Below, piece by piece: positions 38,058 to 47,511 of a DNA stretch of 64,000 bases. A model generated the notes under the pieces. It was not told the origin of the DNA. It did no database searches and saw nothing but the letters and a program-made list of their open reading frames with translations. The stretch covers positions 1,376,001 to 1,440,000 of the forward strand of contig CBDBDQ010000005.1 in the NCBI GenBank assembly GCA_965203905.1. The letters run 5' to 3'. The DNA comes from Spirochaetia bacterium. Its GTDB lineage: Bacteria; Spirochaetota; Spirochaetia; SZUA-6; Bin103. Each line of letters opens with the position of its first letter. Position 1 is the stretch's first letter. The translations under genes were made by a program, and so were the position numbers.

Positions 38058-38880
38058 TCAGCCGCCGGCGGGGTAGACCAGCGGGTTCTCCCACTGGCGG
38101 GCGAGGGTTGCCGGCGACACGTAGGGATTGTCCGCCACCACCTGCGCGCGCTCCGAAACGTAGTGCACGGCGATGGCGCGGCGCGCTGGCATGGTTGGCG
38201 CCGCTGCCGTGCAGCGTCAGCGGATGGTGGAAGCTGGCGGCGCCGGCCGGCATCACCGCGGCGTGCTCGTGCCATCGCTCCCCCTCCGGCAGCGGCAGCG
38301 CGGCGATCGCCCTGGCCTCGTTCTTCTCGCCGAAGTTGCCGGGGTCGATCAGTCCCCAGCGATGCGAGCCGGGCACGAAGCGCATCGCTCCCCCGGCAAT
38401 GGTGATTTCGCTGAGCGCCACCCAGGCGGTGACCACCCCTTCCAACCGGTCGAAGAACTGCCAGTACTTCCAGTCCTGGTGAAAGCCGATACCGGCGCCC
38501 GGGTCGCCGCCGACCGGCTTGTACAGCAACTGGGTATGCCACACATGCAACCGCCGCGCCCCCAGCAGGTGCGCCGCCCAGCGCCCGATCGCGGCGTGGG
38601 CGACCACCGCGAACAGGTCCTCGTCGCTGACGTGGGAGTTGTTGATCTTGATCAGGCCGGTGGTCGCGGCGCCCGGCGCCACGCCGCGGTGTTGCGGCTC
38701 ACGTCCGCTGCGGTAGTCTCCGGCGATCACCCGGTCCATCCCGCCGCAGGCCGCCGCCACCTCGGCGGCGGTCAGGAACACCGGCCCCTGCAGAAATCCC
38801 TGGGTGCGAAACAGCTCGCGGTCGGGCTCGGCTGCCCCCTGCAGGTCGCTCCCGGTCTCGCGGTCGTGGATCACGCTCAT
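38058..38880 (-). pseudogene. Phytanoyl-CoA dioxygenase (PhyH) family, frameshifted near 38175
   Basis: FHQD, WVAL, GAMRFVPGSH and HGSGAN; the expected tail RAIAVHYVSE...PLVYPAGG* lies in another frame ending at 38058. Confidence 0.75.
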
Positions 38881-40031
38881 ACGCAAGAATACCCGGCTGC
38901 ACTCAGTACCGGCAGGATCCCGGCCTGCCGGTACTCGTCGAGCACGGCGAAGAAACGCGCCAGGCTGTCGTCCCAGTCGTGGAACCCGAGGCGGCGCGCC
39001 TTGTTGTGGCTCAGGATCTCGTCCCAGGTGCGCTCCAGGGTGGCGTCCGCATAGCCCCAGTTGGCGACCCGGTCCAGGCGCGGCTGCACCAGGCCGTGGC
39101 GGGCGCATAGCTGGCGCCACAGCCCGTCGCGGCCGGCCATCACCTCGGCCAGCCGCAGCGGCCGCACCGAGCCCAGCGGCATGGCGAACGCGGCCGCCAG
39201 TCGCGGCCACAGCGCGTGCCACCGGAACAGGTCCGTGTTGGTGACGTTGAACGCCTCGTTGGCGCAGGCCGGTGCGGTGGCCATCCAGGCGCTGGCGCGC
39301 GCCAGCAACTCGATGGAGGTGACCTGGGTGAGGCTGGCGTAGGCGGCGGGCGGTCCCGGAAAGTCCAGCGCCGCGCCCAGCTCGCGGCAGATCGCGGCGT
39401 AAGCGCCGAGCGTGCTGACCAGGTTGCGCGCCATGGCCGGGGAGAAGTGCACCAGGGTGTTGGGCCGCGACGCGGACCAAGTCCAGCGTGCGGCGGCGGC
39501 GCGCGCGCTCAGGTAGTCCTGCTGATCGTAGTTGAAGTTGTCGATCGGCGCCCGCGGCTGCGCTTCCTCGGCCGGGGTCGGGAACGGCCCCACGTGCACG
39601 CCGTAGTACTTGCCGCCCTGCACCAGGTGCACGTGGCGCAGTCCGGGGGCCGCGGCCTCGGTGGCGGTGACCACGTTCTCCAGCAGGGCGAGGTTGGCGG
39701 CGGCATCCTCGATCACCTGCTCGGCGTGGGTGGCGCGCCCGCAGTAGAACAGGTGGGTGACGTCGGCGAGCGGCTCCAGCGCGCGCCGCAGTCCGTCGCG
39801 GTCGGCCATGTCGGCCGCCACGCCGGTGACTCCCGCCACCACCGGTCCGGCGGGCTCCGCCGCGACGGGCGCGCGCCGCGCCAGGCCGTAGACCCGCCAC
39901 TCCCCGCGCCCGGCCAGCTCGCGCGCCAGGGCACCGCCCACGGCGCCGGTGTAGCCGGCGATCAGCGCCGTGTACCGGCCCTGCGCTCCCGACCCGTCGG
40001 AGGTGGACGAGTCGGGGGAGTCTCGGTTCAC
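38877..40031 (-). CDS. Extended SDR of the PRISE (progesterone 5-beta-reductase-like) family
   Basis: IAGYTGAVG, VYGLARR, QGGKYYG.H.G, NFNYDQQD, WTWSASRP and NEAFN. Confidence 0.85.
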   Translation of the reverse strand: MNRDSPDSSTSDGSGAQGRYTALIAGYTGAVGGALARELAGRGEWRVYGLARRAPVAAEPAGPVVAGVTGVAADMADRDGLRRALEPLADVTHLFYCGRATHAEQVIEDAAANLALLENVVTATEAAAPGLRHVHLVQGGKYYGVHVGPFPTPAEEAQPRAPIDNFNYDQQDYLSARAAAARWTWSASRPNTLVHFSPAMARNLVSTLGAYAAICRELGAALDFPGPPAAYASLTQVTSIELLARASAWMATAPACANEAFNVTNTDLFRWHALWPRLAAAFAMPLGSVRPLRLAEVMAGRDGLWRQLCARHGLVQPRLDRVANWGYADATLERTWDEILSHNKARRLGFHDWDDSLARFFAVLDEYRQAGILPVLSAAGYSCV

Positions 40032-40038
40032 AGTCTCA

Positions 40039-41124
40039 CTACCGCGCCGTCAGGCGGGCGACCGCGGCTTCGTTCAGCTCGATGCCCAGCCCCGGACCGT
40101 CGCCGAGCTCGATGGCCCCGTCCTTGGGCAGCACCCCCGCCCCGTACAGGTCGGCCACGTCGTCGAGCGGGCCGGAGAACTCGGTGGAGAACTCGTGCGG
40201 CCGGGTGGCGTTCTGCACCGTGGCGTACACGTGCAGCGAGGCCATCGAGTTGATGCCCGCCTGCGGGCTGTGCGGCATCACGGGCTTGTTCAGCACCGTC
40301 GCCAGCTCGTAGATGCGCTTCACCTCGCTGGGACCGCCGGCGTTGAGGATGTCGGGCTGCAGGATGTCCGGGTTGCCGAGCAGGACCAGGTGCTGGAACC
40401 ACCAGCGGAAGGCATCCTGCTCCCCGGCCGAGACAGCCACGTCCAGGGCATCGGCCACCTGCCGCAGGCCCGGCAGATCGTAGTGCGGGATCGGCTCCTC
40501 GAAATGGTCGATGCCCAGTTCCTCGAAGCGCCGTCCCTGCTGGATCGCCGTGGCCACCGAGTAGCCGTTGTTGGCGTCGAAGCCCAGGTACTCGCCGCCG
40601 TCCAGGAACTCGCGCACCAGCTTGAACATCCGAAAGTCCTTCTCCGGGTTCACGTCCTGGCGCCAGCCGCGCCAGTCCATGCGGATCTTGAACGCGCGGA
40701 AACCCTGGTCGCGGCCAACTCGGACCTGCTCCAGCATCTCCTCCGGTTGGCGCCGCCAGCCGAGGCCGGTGCTCCAGTACAGCGGCACCGCGCGGCGGCG
40801 GGCACCGCCCATCAGCGTGTGCACCGGCAGTCCGGTGTCCTTGCCGAGCAGGTCCCACAGCGCCACGTCGATCACCCCGACCACCCAGCCGGGCAGCCGG
40901 TTCGCGCGCTCGTCGCGCCCCAGCGCCAGGGTCTCCCAGTGGCGGTCGACCGGGCGCGGGTCCTCGCCGATCAAGGACGGCCTGATCACGCTGTCGAGGT
41001 ACGCCTCGAACACCGCGTCACGGGCCGGGACTTCCGCCCAGCCCTCCACCCCGGCGTCGGTGGCGACCCGCAGCAGGCCCTTGCCGATGGCAAGCGGCGT
41101 GCAGGTGATGTCGCGAATCTTCAT
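40039..41124 (-). CDS. Mandelate racemase/muconate lactonising enzyme family protein
   Basis: IDVALWDLLGK, FKIR, FDANNGY, FEEP, GEQ, QPD and PHS. Confidence 0.9.
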   Translation of the reverse strand: MKIRDITCTPLAIGKGLLRVATDAGVEGWAEVPARDAVFEAYLDSVIRPSLIGEDPRPVDRHWETLALGRDERANRLPGWVVGVIDVALWDLLGKDTGLPVHTLMGGARRRAVPLYWSTGLGWRRQPEEMLEQVRVGRDQGFRAFKIRMDWRGWRQDVNPEKDFRMFKLVREFLDGGEYLGFDANNGYSVATAIQQGRRFEELGIDHFEEPIPHYDLPGLRQVADALDVAVSAGEQDAFRWWFQHLVLLGNPDILQPDILNAGGPSEVKRIYELATVLNKPVMPHSPQAGINSMASLHVYATVQNATRPHEFSTEFSGPLDDVADLYGAGVLPKDGAIELGDGPGLGIELNEAAVARLTAR

Positions 41125-41181
41125 GGCGCAACTATACCAGGGCCGTTCCGGAAGGGCCGCGGAGCCGCAGAGCCGTAGGGA

Positions 41182-41445
41182 TACGGCCGCACTGACCTGC
41201 TGATCGTCTGGCCCTTCGGTGCCGGCGAGGTGACCCGGACGGTGATCGAGTGCAAGGTGCTGCACCGGCGCCACGGCTTGGAGACGACCATCGCGCACGG
41301 CCTGGAGCATCCCGCGCGGTACATGGACCGCTGCGGCTCGCGGGTGGGGCACCTGATCATCTTCGACCCGAATCCCGACAAGAGCTGGGACGAGAAGATA
41401 TACCGGCGGGACGAGAGCTTCGGCGGTCGCCCGATCGTAGACATC
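41182..41445 (+). pseudogene. Orphan C-terminal PD-(D/E)XK-like domain fragment of an AAA ATPase-nuclease
   Basis: GRTDLLIVWP...VIECK...YMDRCG...GHLIIFD...KSWDEKI with no ATPase region upstream. Confidence 0.65.
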
Positions 41446-41542
41446 ACGCCGCCGCTCCAGCGCCCCAGGTCGCCGCTGTCGGCGGAGACCTGGAGACGCG
41501 GACGCAACGCGCCGTCGAACGCGTTGCCCGAGTCCTTACGAG

Positions 41543-42733
41543 TCAGTCTTCCGAAGTCAGCGCCTGCGCGATCGTCGTCGCGTTGTGCCGCATCATGTCG
41601 AGGTAGTTCGGTGCCGGACCGTCCGGGCCGGACAGCGCGCCGGGATAGAGCGTGCCGCCGATGCCGGCTCCCGTCTCATCGGCGATGCGTTCCAGGAGGC
41701 GGGGGTCGGTGATGTTCTCGACGAAGACGGCTCGAATGCCCAGATCGCGTATCTGGTGGATGAGGCGGGCGACATCCTGTGCGGACGCCTCCGATTCGGT
41801 GCTGAGCCCCTGCGGCGCGATGAAGGTCAGCCCGTAATCGCGACCGAAGTACTGGAACGCGTCGTGGGAGGTGACGACGGTCCGGCTGCCCGGGGGAAGC
41901 GTGGCGAGAAGCTTGAGGATTTCCGAGTCGAGGGCCTCGAGTTCGTCGGCATAGGCCTCGCGATTCCGCTCGTACGCGTCGGCATTGCCAGGATCGGCCT
42001 TGGCCAGCGCCGCGGCAATGTTTTCCACGTACACCAAGGCATTGCGGAGGCTCTGCCAGCCATGGGGGTCGAAGGCGCCATGATCATGGTGGTCATCGCC
42101 TTCGTGGTCGTCGTGATCCTCGTCCTCGTCGTGATCCTCGTCCTCGTCGTGATCCTCGTCCTCGTCGTGATCCTCGTCCTCGTCGTGATCCTCGTCCTCG
42201 TCGTGATCCTCGTGATCTTCGTCCTCGTCGTGCTCGTCATGTTCGTCATGCTCGTCGTCTTCGTCATGCTCGTCATGCATGTCGTCTTCGTCATGTTCGT
42301 CATGCATGTCGTCATCGGCGTGTTCGTCAAACGCGATTAGCTCGATGCCGTCGGTCGCCACCACCAGGACGCCGTGGAAGTCCGCAGCCTCGGTCAGCCG
42401 CTCCAGCCAGCCCTCGAATTGCAGCCCGTTGACGAAAAGGATCTGGGCTTCGCTGACGGCCCGCGCATCTGCAGGGGTCGGCTGGTACACGTGCGTGTCG
42501 CCGTCAGGACCGACGAGCGTCGTGAGATCGATATGCTCGCCTCCGATGCGCTGTACCATGTCGCCGAGGATCGAGAACGTGGCGACCACCGGGATCGGTC
42601 CGTGGGCCTGCGACGTGGACCTGGATTCCTTGGCCGGCTGCGCGGCGGCCGGAACGGCGAGCGCCAGAACGAGAATAGCCATGACGGCGTGCAGAAAGAC
42701 TCTGCGGTTGGGTATGAAAACGTTGCGGTGCAT
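41543..42733 (-). CDS. znuA: Zinc ABC transporter substrate-binding protein with a long His/Asp/Glu loop
   Basis: VVATFSILGD, DTHVYQPT, DPHGW, HDAFQYF and STESEAS; start chosen 4 bp from the Zur box. Confidence 0.88.
   Translation of the reverse strand: MHRNVFIPNRRVFLHAVMAILVLALAVPAAAQPAKESRSTSQAHGPIPVVATFSILGDMVQRIGGEHIDLTTLVGPDGDTHVYQPTPADARAVSEAQILFVNGLQFEGWLERLTEAADFHGVLVVATDGIELIAFDEHADDDMHDEHDEDDMHDEHDEDDEHDEHDEHDEDEDHEDHDEDEDHDEDEDHDEDEDHDEDEDHDEDEDHDDHEGDDHHDHGAFDPHGWQSLRNALVYVENIAAALAKADPGNADAYERNREAYADELEALDSEILKLLATLPPGSRTVVTSHDAFQYFGRDYGLTFIAPQGLSTESEASAQDVARLIHQIRDLGIRAVFVENITDPRLLERIADETGAGIGGTLYPGALSGPDGPAPNYLDMMRHNATTIAQALTSED
42108..42213 (-). repeat. 18-bp coding VNTR (five full copies plus a partial) encoding HDEDED
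   Basis: TCGTCGTGATCCTCGTCC repeated exactly from 42108. Confidence 0.92.
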
Positions 42734-42737
42734 GGGC

Positions 42738-42755
42738 GAAATGTTATAACGTTTC
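42738..42755. promoter_or_regulatory. Zur box upstream of znuA
   Basis: GAAATGTTATAACGTTTC near-perfect palindrome with a TGTTATAAC core. Confidence 0.85.
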
Positions 42756-42803
42756 ATTAAGCGTGGCAAGAAAATTCGCAACTACTACTCTCTGTCCGGA
42801 CTG

Positions 42804-43709
42804 CTATGCTCGGACCCCCGATGTCCCACCTCCTGCGGGGAGGGGAGCAGGGACACGGCCCCATAAGGCCCGCGCGGCAAGACCGCTGACCGGCCCGAGG
42901 ACCAGCGAGAGCCCGTAGGCGAGACCGGCCACAAGGATGATCGCCGGGCCGGAGGGCAGGCTGAAATAGTAGGAGAGAAGAAGACCGCTCACGCTCGAGA
43001 GCATCGCGATGGCGGTCCCGACCGCGATCAGTGCGCCGATGCTCACGGTCCAGAACCGCGCCGCGGCGGCGGGGAGGATCATGATGCCGACCGCCATCAG
43101 CGTGCCGAGCGCCTGGAACCCGCCCACAAGGTTGAGCACGACGAGGACGAGAAGAGTCAGATGCGCCGTGGCGCTGAGCCCGCTGACCGAACGCAGGAAC
43201 TGCGGGTCCGCGCATTCGAGCACGAGCGGCCGGAACAGCAGCGCGAGCGTGAACAGCGTAACGCTCGCGATGGCGCCGAGCAGGATCAGAGCAGCGTTGT
43301 CGAGCGCCAACACGGTACCGAACAGCACGTGCATCAGGTCGACGTTGCTGCCACGGGTGGACACGATCAGCACGCCGGCCGCCAACGAGATCAGGTAGAA
43401 GGCCGCGAGGCTCGCGTCCTCGCGCAGCGCCGTGGCTCGGGTCACGAAGCCGGAGAGAAGCGCCACGGCCATGCCCGCGATCAGCCCGCCCACGGTCATC
43501 GCCCCGAGGGAGAGGCCCGCGACGAGATAGCCGACGGCCGCACCCGGCAGGATCGCATGGGCCATCGCATCGCCCGTCAGACTCATGCGGCGCAGCATCA
43601 GGAATACCCCGACGGGCGTCGCACCTACCGAGATTGCCAGGCAGCCCATGAGCGCGCGCCGCATGAAGCCGAAATCGGCGAACGGCTGGACCAGCGCCTC
43701 CCAGATCAC
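42804..43709 (-). CDS. znuB: Zn/Mn ABC permease
   Basis: LRRMSLTGDAMAHAILPG, LFG and PSGPAII; GTGA overlap with znuC. Confidence 0.9.
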   Translation of the reverse strand: MIWEALVQPFADFGFMRRALMGCLAISVGATPVGVFLMLRRMSLTGDAMAHAILPGAAVGYLVAGLSLGAMTVGGLIAGMAVALLSGFVTRATALREDASLAAFYLISLAAGVLIVSTRGSNVDLMHVLFGTVLALDNAALILLGAIASVTLFTLALLFRPLVLECADPQFLRSVSGLSATAHLTLLVLVVLNLVGGFQALGTLMAVGIMILPAAAARFWTVSIGALIAVGTAIAMLSSVSGLLLSYYFSLPSGPAIILVAGLAYGLSLVLGPVSGLAARALWGRVPAPLPAGGGTSGVRA

Positions 43710-44449
43710 GCCGCGCTCCGCCCGCAGGTGTGCGGGGGGCCGGCGCAGGCCTCGCACATCTGGCGCGCGCGGAACTGGTTCTCGGCCGTCAGCACCTGCG
43801 CCGTGGGACCGTGGGCGACGAGCTCGCGGGCAAGCATCAGGGTGCGAGGGAAGTGAGCCCGCACCGTGTCGACATCGTGCAACACGGCGAGCACCGTGCG
43901 ACCTTCGCCGTGCCAGCGCCGAACCACGCCGATCAGGTCGGCCATGGTAGTCACGTCAACCGCGGTGAAGGGCTCATCCAGCAGGACCAGCCGTGCGTCC
44001 TGCAGCAAAAGCCGCGCGAAGAGCGCACGCTGTATCTGACCGCCCGACAGCGACCCGATCGGCCGTCTCTCGAACCCTTCGAGCCCGACCGCGGCAATCG
44101 CTTCGGCAACGCGCCTGCGGTGACCGGCCCGCAAGCCGGCAAAGCCGCCGATTTCTCGCCACAGCCCCATTCCCACGAGGTCGGCGACCGCAATCGGGAA
44201 CGACCGGTCGACATCCGATTGCTGCGGCAGGTAGGCGATATCGCTCCGCGTGAGCCCGCCGAACGCGATCCGGCCTTCGAGCGGGCGGAGGGTGCCGACC
44301 ACCCCCTTCAACATCGTGGATTTACCGGCCCCATTGGGCCCGACGATGGCTGTCAGGCTGCCCTCGGCTACTTCGCCGCGCAGGCGATGCACCGCCGGAT
44401 TCCGGTCGTAGCCGAGGCTCAGGTCGTGAAACTTGATGGCGTAGGTCAT
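43706..44449 (-). CDS. znuC: Zn/Mn ABC ATPase
   Basis: GPNGAGKST, LSGGQ, LLDEPF and C-terminal C..C...H.C. Confidence 0.92.
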   Translation of the reverse strand: MTYAIKFHDLSLGYDRNPAVHRLRGEVAEGSLTAIVGPNGAGKSTMLKGVVGTLRPLEGRIAFGGLTRSDIAYLPQQSDVDRSFPIAVADLVGMGLWREIGGFAGLRAGHRRRVAEAIAAVGLEGFERRPIGSLSGGQIQRALFARLLLQDARLVLLDEPFTAVDVTTMADLIGVVRRWHGEGRTVLAVLHDVDTVRAHFPRTLMLARELVAHGPTAQVLTAENQFRARQMCEACAGPPHTCGRSAA

Positions 44450-44580
44450 AGCCCCCCCGGCGGGGACGTGGCCCAGAAGAACGCGCCCCAGAGCGCGGCA
44501 ACGATGATGGCCGCGCCGACCAGCCGGGGCCCGGCGCCGAGCGCCAGCAGCCGAAGCGCACGGTAATGCCGCGTTCTCAT
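44446..44580 (-). CDS. Small single-TM protein coupled to znuC
   Basis: RLVGAAIIVAALWGAFFWA; ATGA overlap with znuC; start uncertain. Confidence 0.6.
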   Translation of the reverse strand: MRTRHYRALRLLALGAGPRLVGAAIIVAALWGAFFWATSPPGGL

Positions 44581-44655
44581 GCCAGCGCTCCCCATCGCGT
44601 GACGGCGCTCACGTCCAGCCGCCGCGACGGTCCATCCGGACACTGGCTCTCGCGC

Positions 44656-45162
44656 CTACGCCGCACCGGCTTCCACGCACCGTGCGCACCTGCCCTCGAC
44701 CTCGACCGTGCGCCGTGTCGCGACGAACCCGAGGCCGGCGGCATCCTCGTCAAGCAGCCCTCCGATCCGCGGATCCTCAAGCTCGAACGATGTCCGGCAG
44801 CCACCGCAGATGAAGAAAAGGCAATCGTGGGCACGCTCGGGATGGGCGCACGGGACGTAGGCGTTCAGGCTTTCAATCCTGGAGACGAAGCCGTGCGACA
44901 TCAGGAAGCCAAGCGCGCGGTACACGGTCGGCGGTCCGACCGGACGCGAATCTCCGAGCTTGACCGCTTCGATCAACTGGTAGGCGCTCGTCGGCCCGCC
45001 GCTCGCCCACAGCAGCTCCAGGACCCGTCTTCGCAGCTCTGTCATCCGTGCGCCGCGTCTTTCGCAAATCGATACTGCCAGCGCGACCCGTTCGCGCGGT
45101 GAGTGCCGCCCGCGGGAATCCGGATCGGCGCCAGGCCGGGGTCGGGTCAACGGTTTCGGCAT
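44656..45162 (-). CDS. zur: Zinc uptake regulator (Fur family)
   Basis: SAYQL, PPTVYRAL.FL, RIESLNAYVPC and two CxxC motifs. Confidence 0.9.
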   Translation of the reverse strand: MPKPLTRPRPGADPDSRGRHSPRERVALAVSICERRGARMTELRRRVLELLWASGGPTSAYQLIEAVKLGDSRPVGPPTVYRALGFLMSHGFVSRIESLNAYVPCAHPERAHDCLFFICGGCRTSFELEDPRIGGLLDEDAAGLGFVATRRTVEVEGRCARCVEAGAA

Positions 45163-45166
45163 GGAA

Positions 45167-45184
45167 GCAATGTTATAACGTTTC
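45167..45184. promoter_or_regulatory. Zur box upstream of zur
   Basis: GCAATGTTATAACGTTTC, 17 of 18 positions identical to the znuA box. Confidence 0.85.
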
Positions 45185-45344
45185 CGGACCGGCGAAACAA
45201 GCGAGCGAGCCCCACGCAAGCCCCACGCAGCGATCCGGTACGGACGCGGGGAATCGCAGAGCGTCAGGGCGGGCCGTGCCTTGACCGCAGGACGGCGGCG
45301 CTACATATTTGCGGGCGATACCTCACATCCAAAGGAGCAGAGCC

Positions 45345-47399
45345 TTGAGACTGCACAAATTGCTCGTTGCGGTGCCGCTGGTGGCGGCGCTGCTGGTTCC
45401 CGCGCTGGCGTTCGCCGGCGGCGAGGCGGAGGGCGGCGGCGACGCCGGCGCGGCGGCCGCCATGGAGCGCACCACCTTCGACCACGAGTGGAACGACATC
45501 CGCTTCTACAACCACATCGCCGACTACACCGCGGCCACCGGCAACACCATCACCTCGTTCAGCGAGGCGCCGATGCTGGCCGAGATGGTGGCCGCCGGCG
45601 ACCTGCCGCCGGTAGAGGAGCGCCTGCCCGCCGACCCGTACGTGGTGGTGCCCTACCAGGAGATCGGCCAGTACGGCGGCTACGCCTTCATGGGCCGCGA
45701 CGGCACCGGCCACTGGGGCGAGGCCCACCTGCTGATCGGCATCGAGCAGCTCAACCGCATCGCCGGCGACCTGTCGACCCAGTCTCCCAACGTCGCCACC
45801 GACTACGAGCTGTCGGCCGACGCCAAGGTGCTCACCGTGACCCTGCGCGAGGGCATCAAGTGGTCCACCGGCGAGCCGTTCTCCACCGAGGACATCAAGT
45901 TCTGGTACGAGGACATCATCCTCAACGAGGAGCTCACGCCGAATCCGGCCAGGTTCCTGCAGCCGGGCGGCGAGTTGATGAAGATGAACTTCCTCGACGA
46001 GCTCACCTTCCAGTTCGTGTTCGCCATTGCCAATCCGGTCGCGGTCGAGTGGCTGCCACATCCCAACCGCGGCGTGACGCCGATCAAGCAGGCCAAGCAC
46101 TACTTCAGCCAGTTCCACCCCAACTACGTGGGCGCGGAGAAGGCGGAGGCGCTGGCCAAGGAGGCGGGCTTCGAGAACTGGGTGCAGCACTTCGGCGACA
46201 AGAACAACTCCTGGAGCGAGCTGCCCAAGTTCAACACCGAGCGGCCGCAGCTCACCAACTACCGGCTGGCCGAGATCGGCACCGACCTGGCGCGCTGGGA
46301 GCGCAACCCCTACTACTGGAAGATCGACGTCGAGGGCAACCAGCTTCCCTACATGGACGGCATCAACGTGGAGCTGGTCCAGGACCTGCAGGTGTTCGCC
46401 GGCAAGATCATCGCCGGCGAGTTCACCCTCTCCATCGGCTGGTACGCCCCGTTGAGCGACTACCCGTTGATGAAGCAGAACGAGGAGTCCGCCGACTACA
46501 CGGTCGAGCTGTGGCCCAGCCTGGAGGGCTCGGCGACGCTGTTCCAGGTCAACCGCACGGTCGACGACCCGGTGCTGGCGCCGATCTTCGCCGACAGCCG
46601 CTTCTCGCACGCCCTGTCGCTGTCGCTGGACCGCGACGAGATCAACGAGGTGGTGTTCCAGGGCCTGGGCACGCCGCGGCAGCATACCCTGATCAAGGAG
46701 TCGATCTACTTCGAGCCGCGCTTCGGCGAAGCGTTCCGCGATCGTGACGTGGAGCGCGCCAACCAGATCCTCGACGAGCTGGGGCTGACCTGGGACGCCA
46801 ACCGCGAGTGGCGGCTGCTGTCCGACGGCAAACGCTTCTCGGTGGTCATGGACACCGGCAACGCGGTGCTGCCGATCCACGAGCTGGCGGTGGAGCAGTG
46901 GAAGGAGATCGGCATGGAAGTGACCATGAAGAGCTTCTCCTACCAGCAGAGCGAAGAGCGCTCCAAGACCAACCAGATGCAGCTCTACGGCGGCTCGGCC
47001 GGGTTCAACGCGCGTTCGGAGGCGTTCGTGGCGTCGCCGCTGTTCTTCCTGCCGCAACGCCAGGGCTGGGAGAACCCGTGGGGCAACCAGTGGGCGCTGT
47101 GGTACGTGACCGGCGGTGACAGCGGCATCGAGCCGCCCGCCGAGGTCAAGCGCAACCTGGAGCGCTGGGAGCAGATGACCGCGACCATGGACATCGACGA
47201 GAAGACCCGCCTGGGCAAGGAGATCCTGGCCTCGCAGGCGGACAACCTGTGGGTGATCGGGACCGTGGGCGAGGTGCCCCTGCCGATGCCGCGCGACAAC
47301 AAGCTCCGCAACTTCCCGGAGCGCGGCGGCCACGACTGGTCGATCGGCTCCTGGACCGGCCCCCAGCACCCCTCCCAATTCTACCTGGTGCAGGAGTAG
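45345..47399 (+). CDS. ABC transporter family-5 (Opp/Dpp-like) substrate-binding protein
   Basis: AAGGAG RBS before TTG; EAPML..V.AG.LPPVEERLP; LREGIKWS.GEPF; ERNPYYWKID.EGNQLPY.D. Confidence 0.9.
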   Translation: MRLHKLLVAVPLVAALLVPALAFAGGEAEGGGDAGAAAAMERTTFDHEWNDIRFYNHIADYTAATGNTITSFSEAPMLAEMVAAGDLPPVEERLPADPYVVVPYQEIGQYGGYAFMGRDGTGHWGEAHLLIGIEQLNRIAGDLSTQSPNVATDYELSADAKVLTVTLREGIKWSTGEPFSTEDIKFWYEDIILNEELTPNPARFLQPGGELMKMNFLDELTFQFVFAIANPVAVEWLPHPNRGVTPIKQAKHYFSQFHPNYVGAEKAEALAKEAGFENWVQHFGDKNNSWSELPKFNTERPQLTNYRLAEIGTDLARWERNPYYWKIDVEGNQLPYMDGINVELVQDLQVFAGKIIAGEFTLSIGWYAPLSDYPLMKQNEESADYTVELWPSLEGSATLFQVNRTVDDPVLAPIFADSRFSHALSLSLDRDEINEVVFQGLGTPRQHTLIKESIYFEPRFGEAFRDRDVERANQILDELGLTWDANREWRLLSDGKRFSVVMDTGNAVLPIHELAVEQWKEIGMEVTMKSFSYQQSEERSKTNQMQLYGGSAGFNARSEAFVASPLFFLPQRQGWENPWGNQWALWYVTGGDSGIEPPAEVKRNLERWEQMTATMDIDEKTRLGKEILASQADNLWVIGTVGEVPLPMPRDNKLRNFPERGGHDWSIGSWTGPQHPSQFYLVQE

Positions 47400-47471
47400 G
47401 GCAGGCGCGGCTGAACGCCGCTTACGCATGACCGGCGGCCGCGCGGATCGGGCAGCTCACCTCGAGTTGCC

Positions 47472-47490
47472 CGGCCGGGTGGCCGTTTTT
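47472..47490 (+). terminator. Possible weak intrinsic terminator/attenuator between SBP and permease genes
   Basis: CGGCC-GGGT-GGCCG followed by TTTTT. Confidence 0.35.
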
Positions 47491-47511
47491 CTGTTACCGT
47501 AAAGAGCCTCC

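Noticed and set aside
37657-39900. 747-aa ORF as a fusion protein
   Set aside because: Only the PhyH part is real; the rest is an alternate frame of the SDR gene plus post-frameshift read-through.
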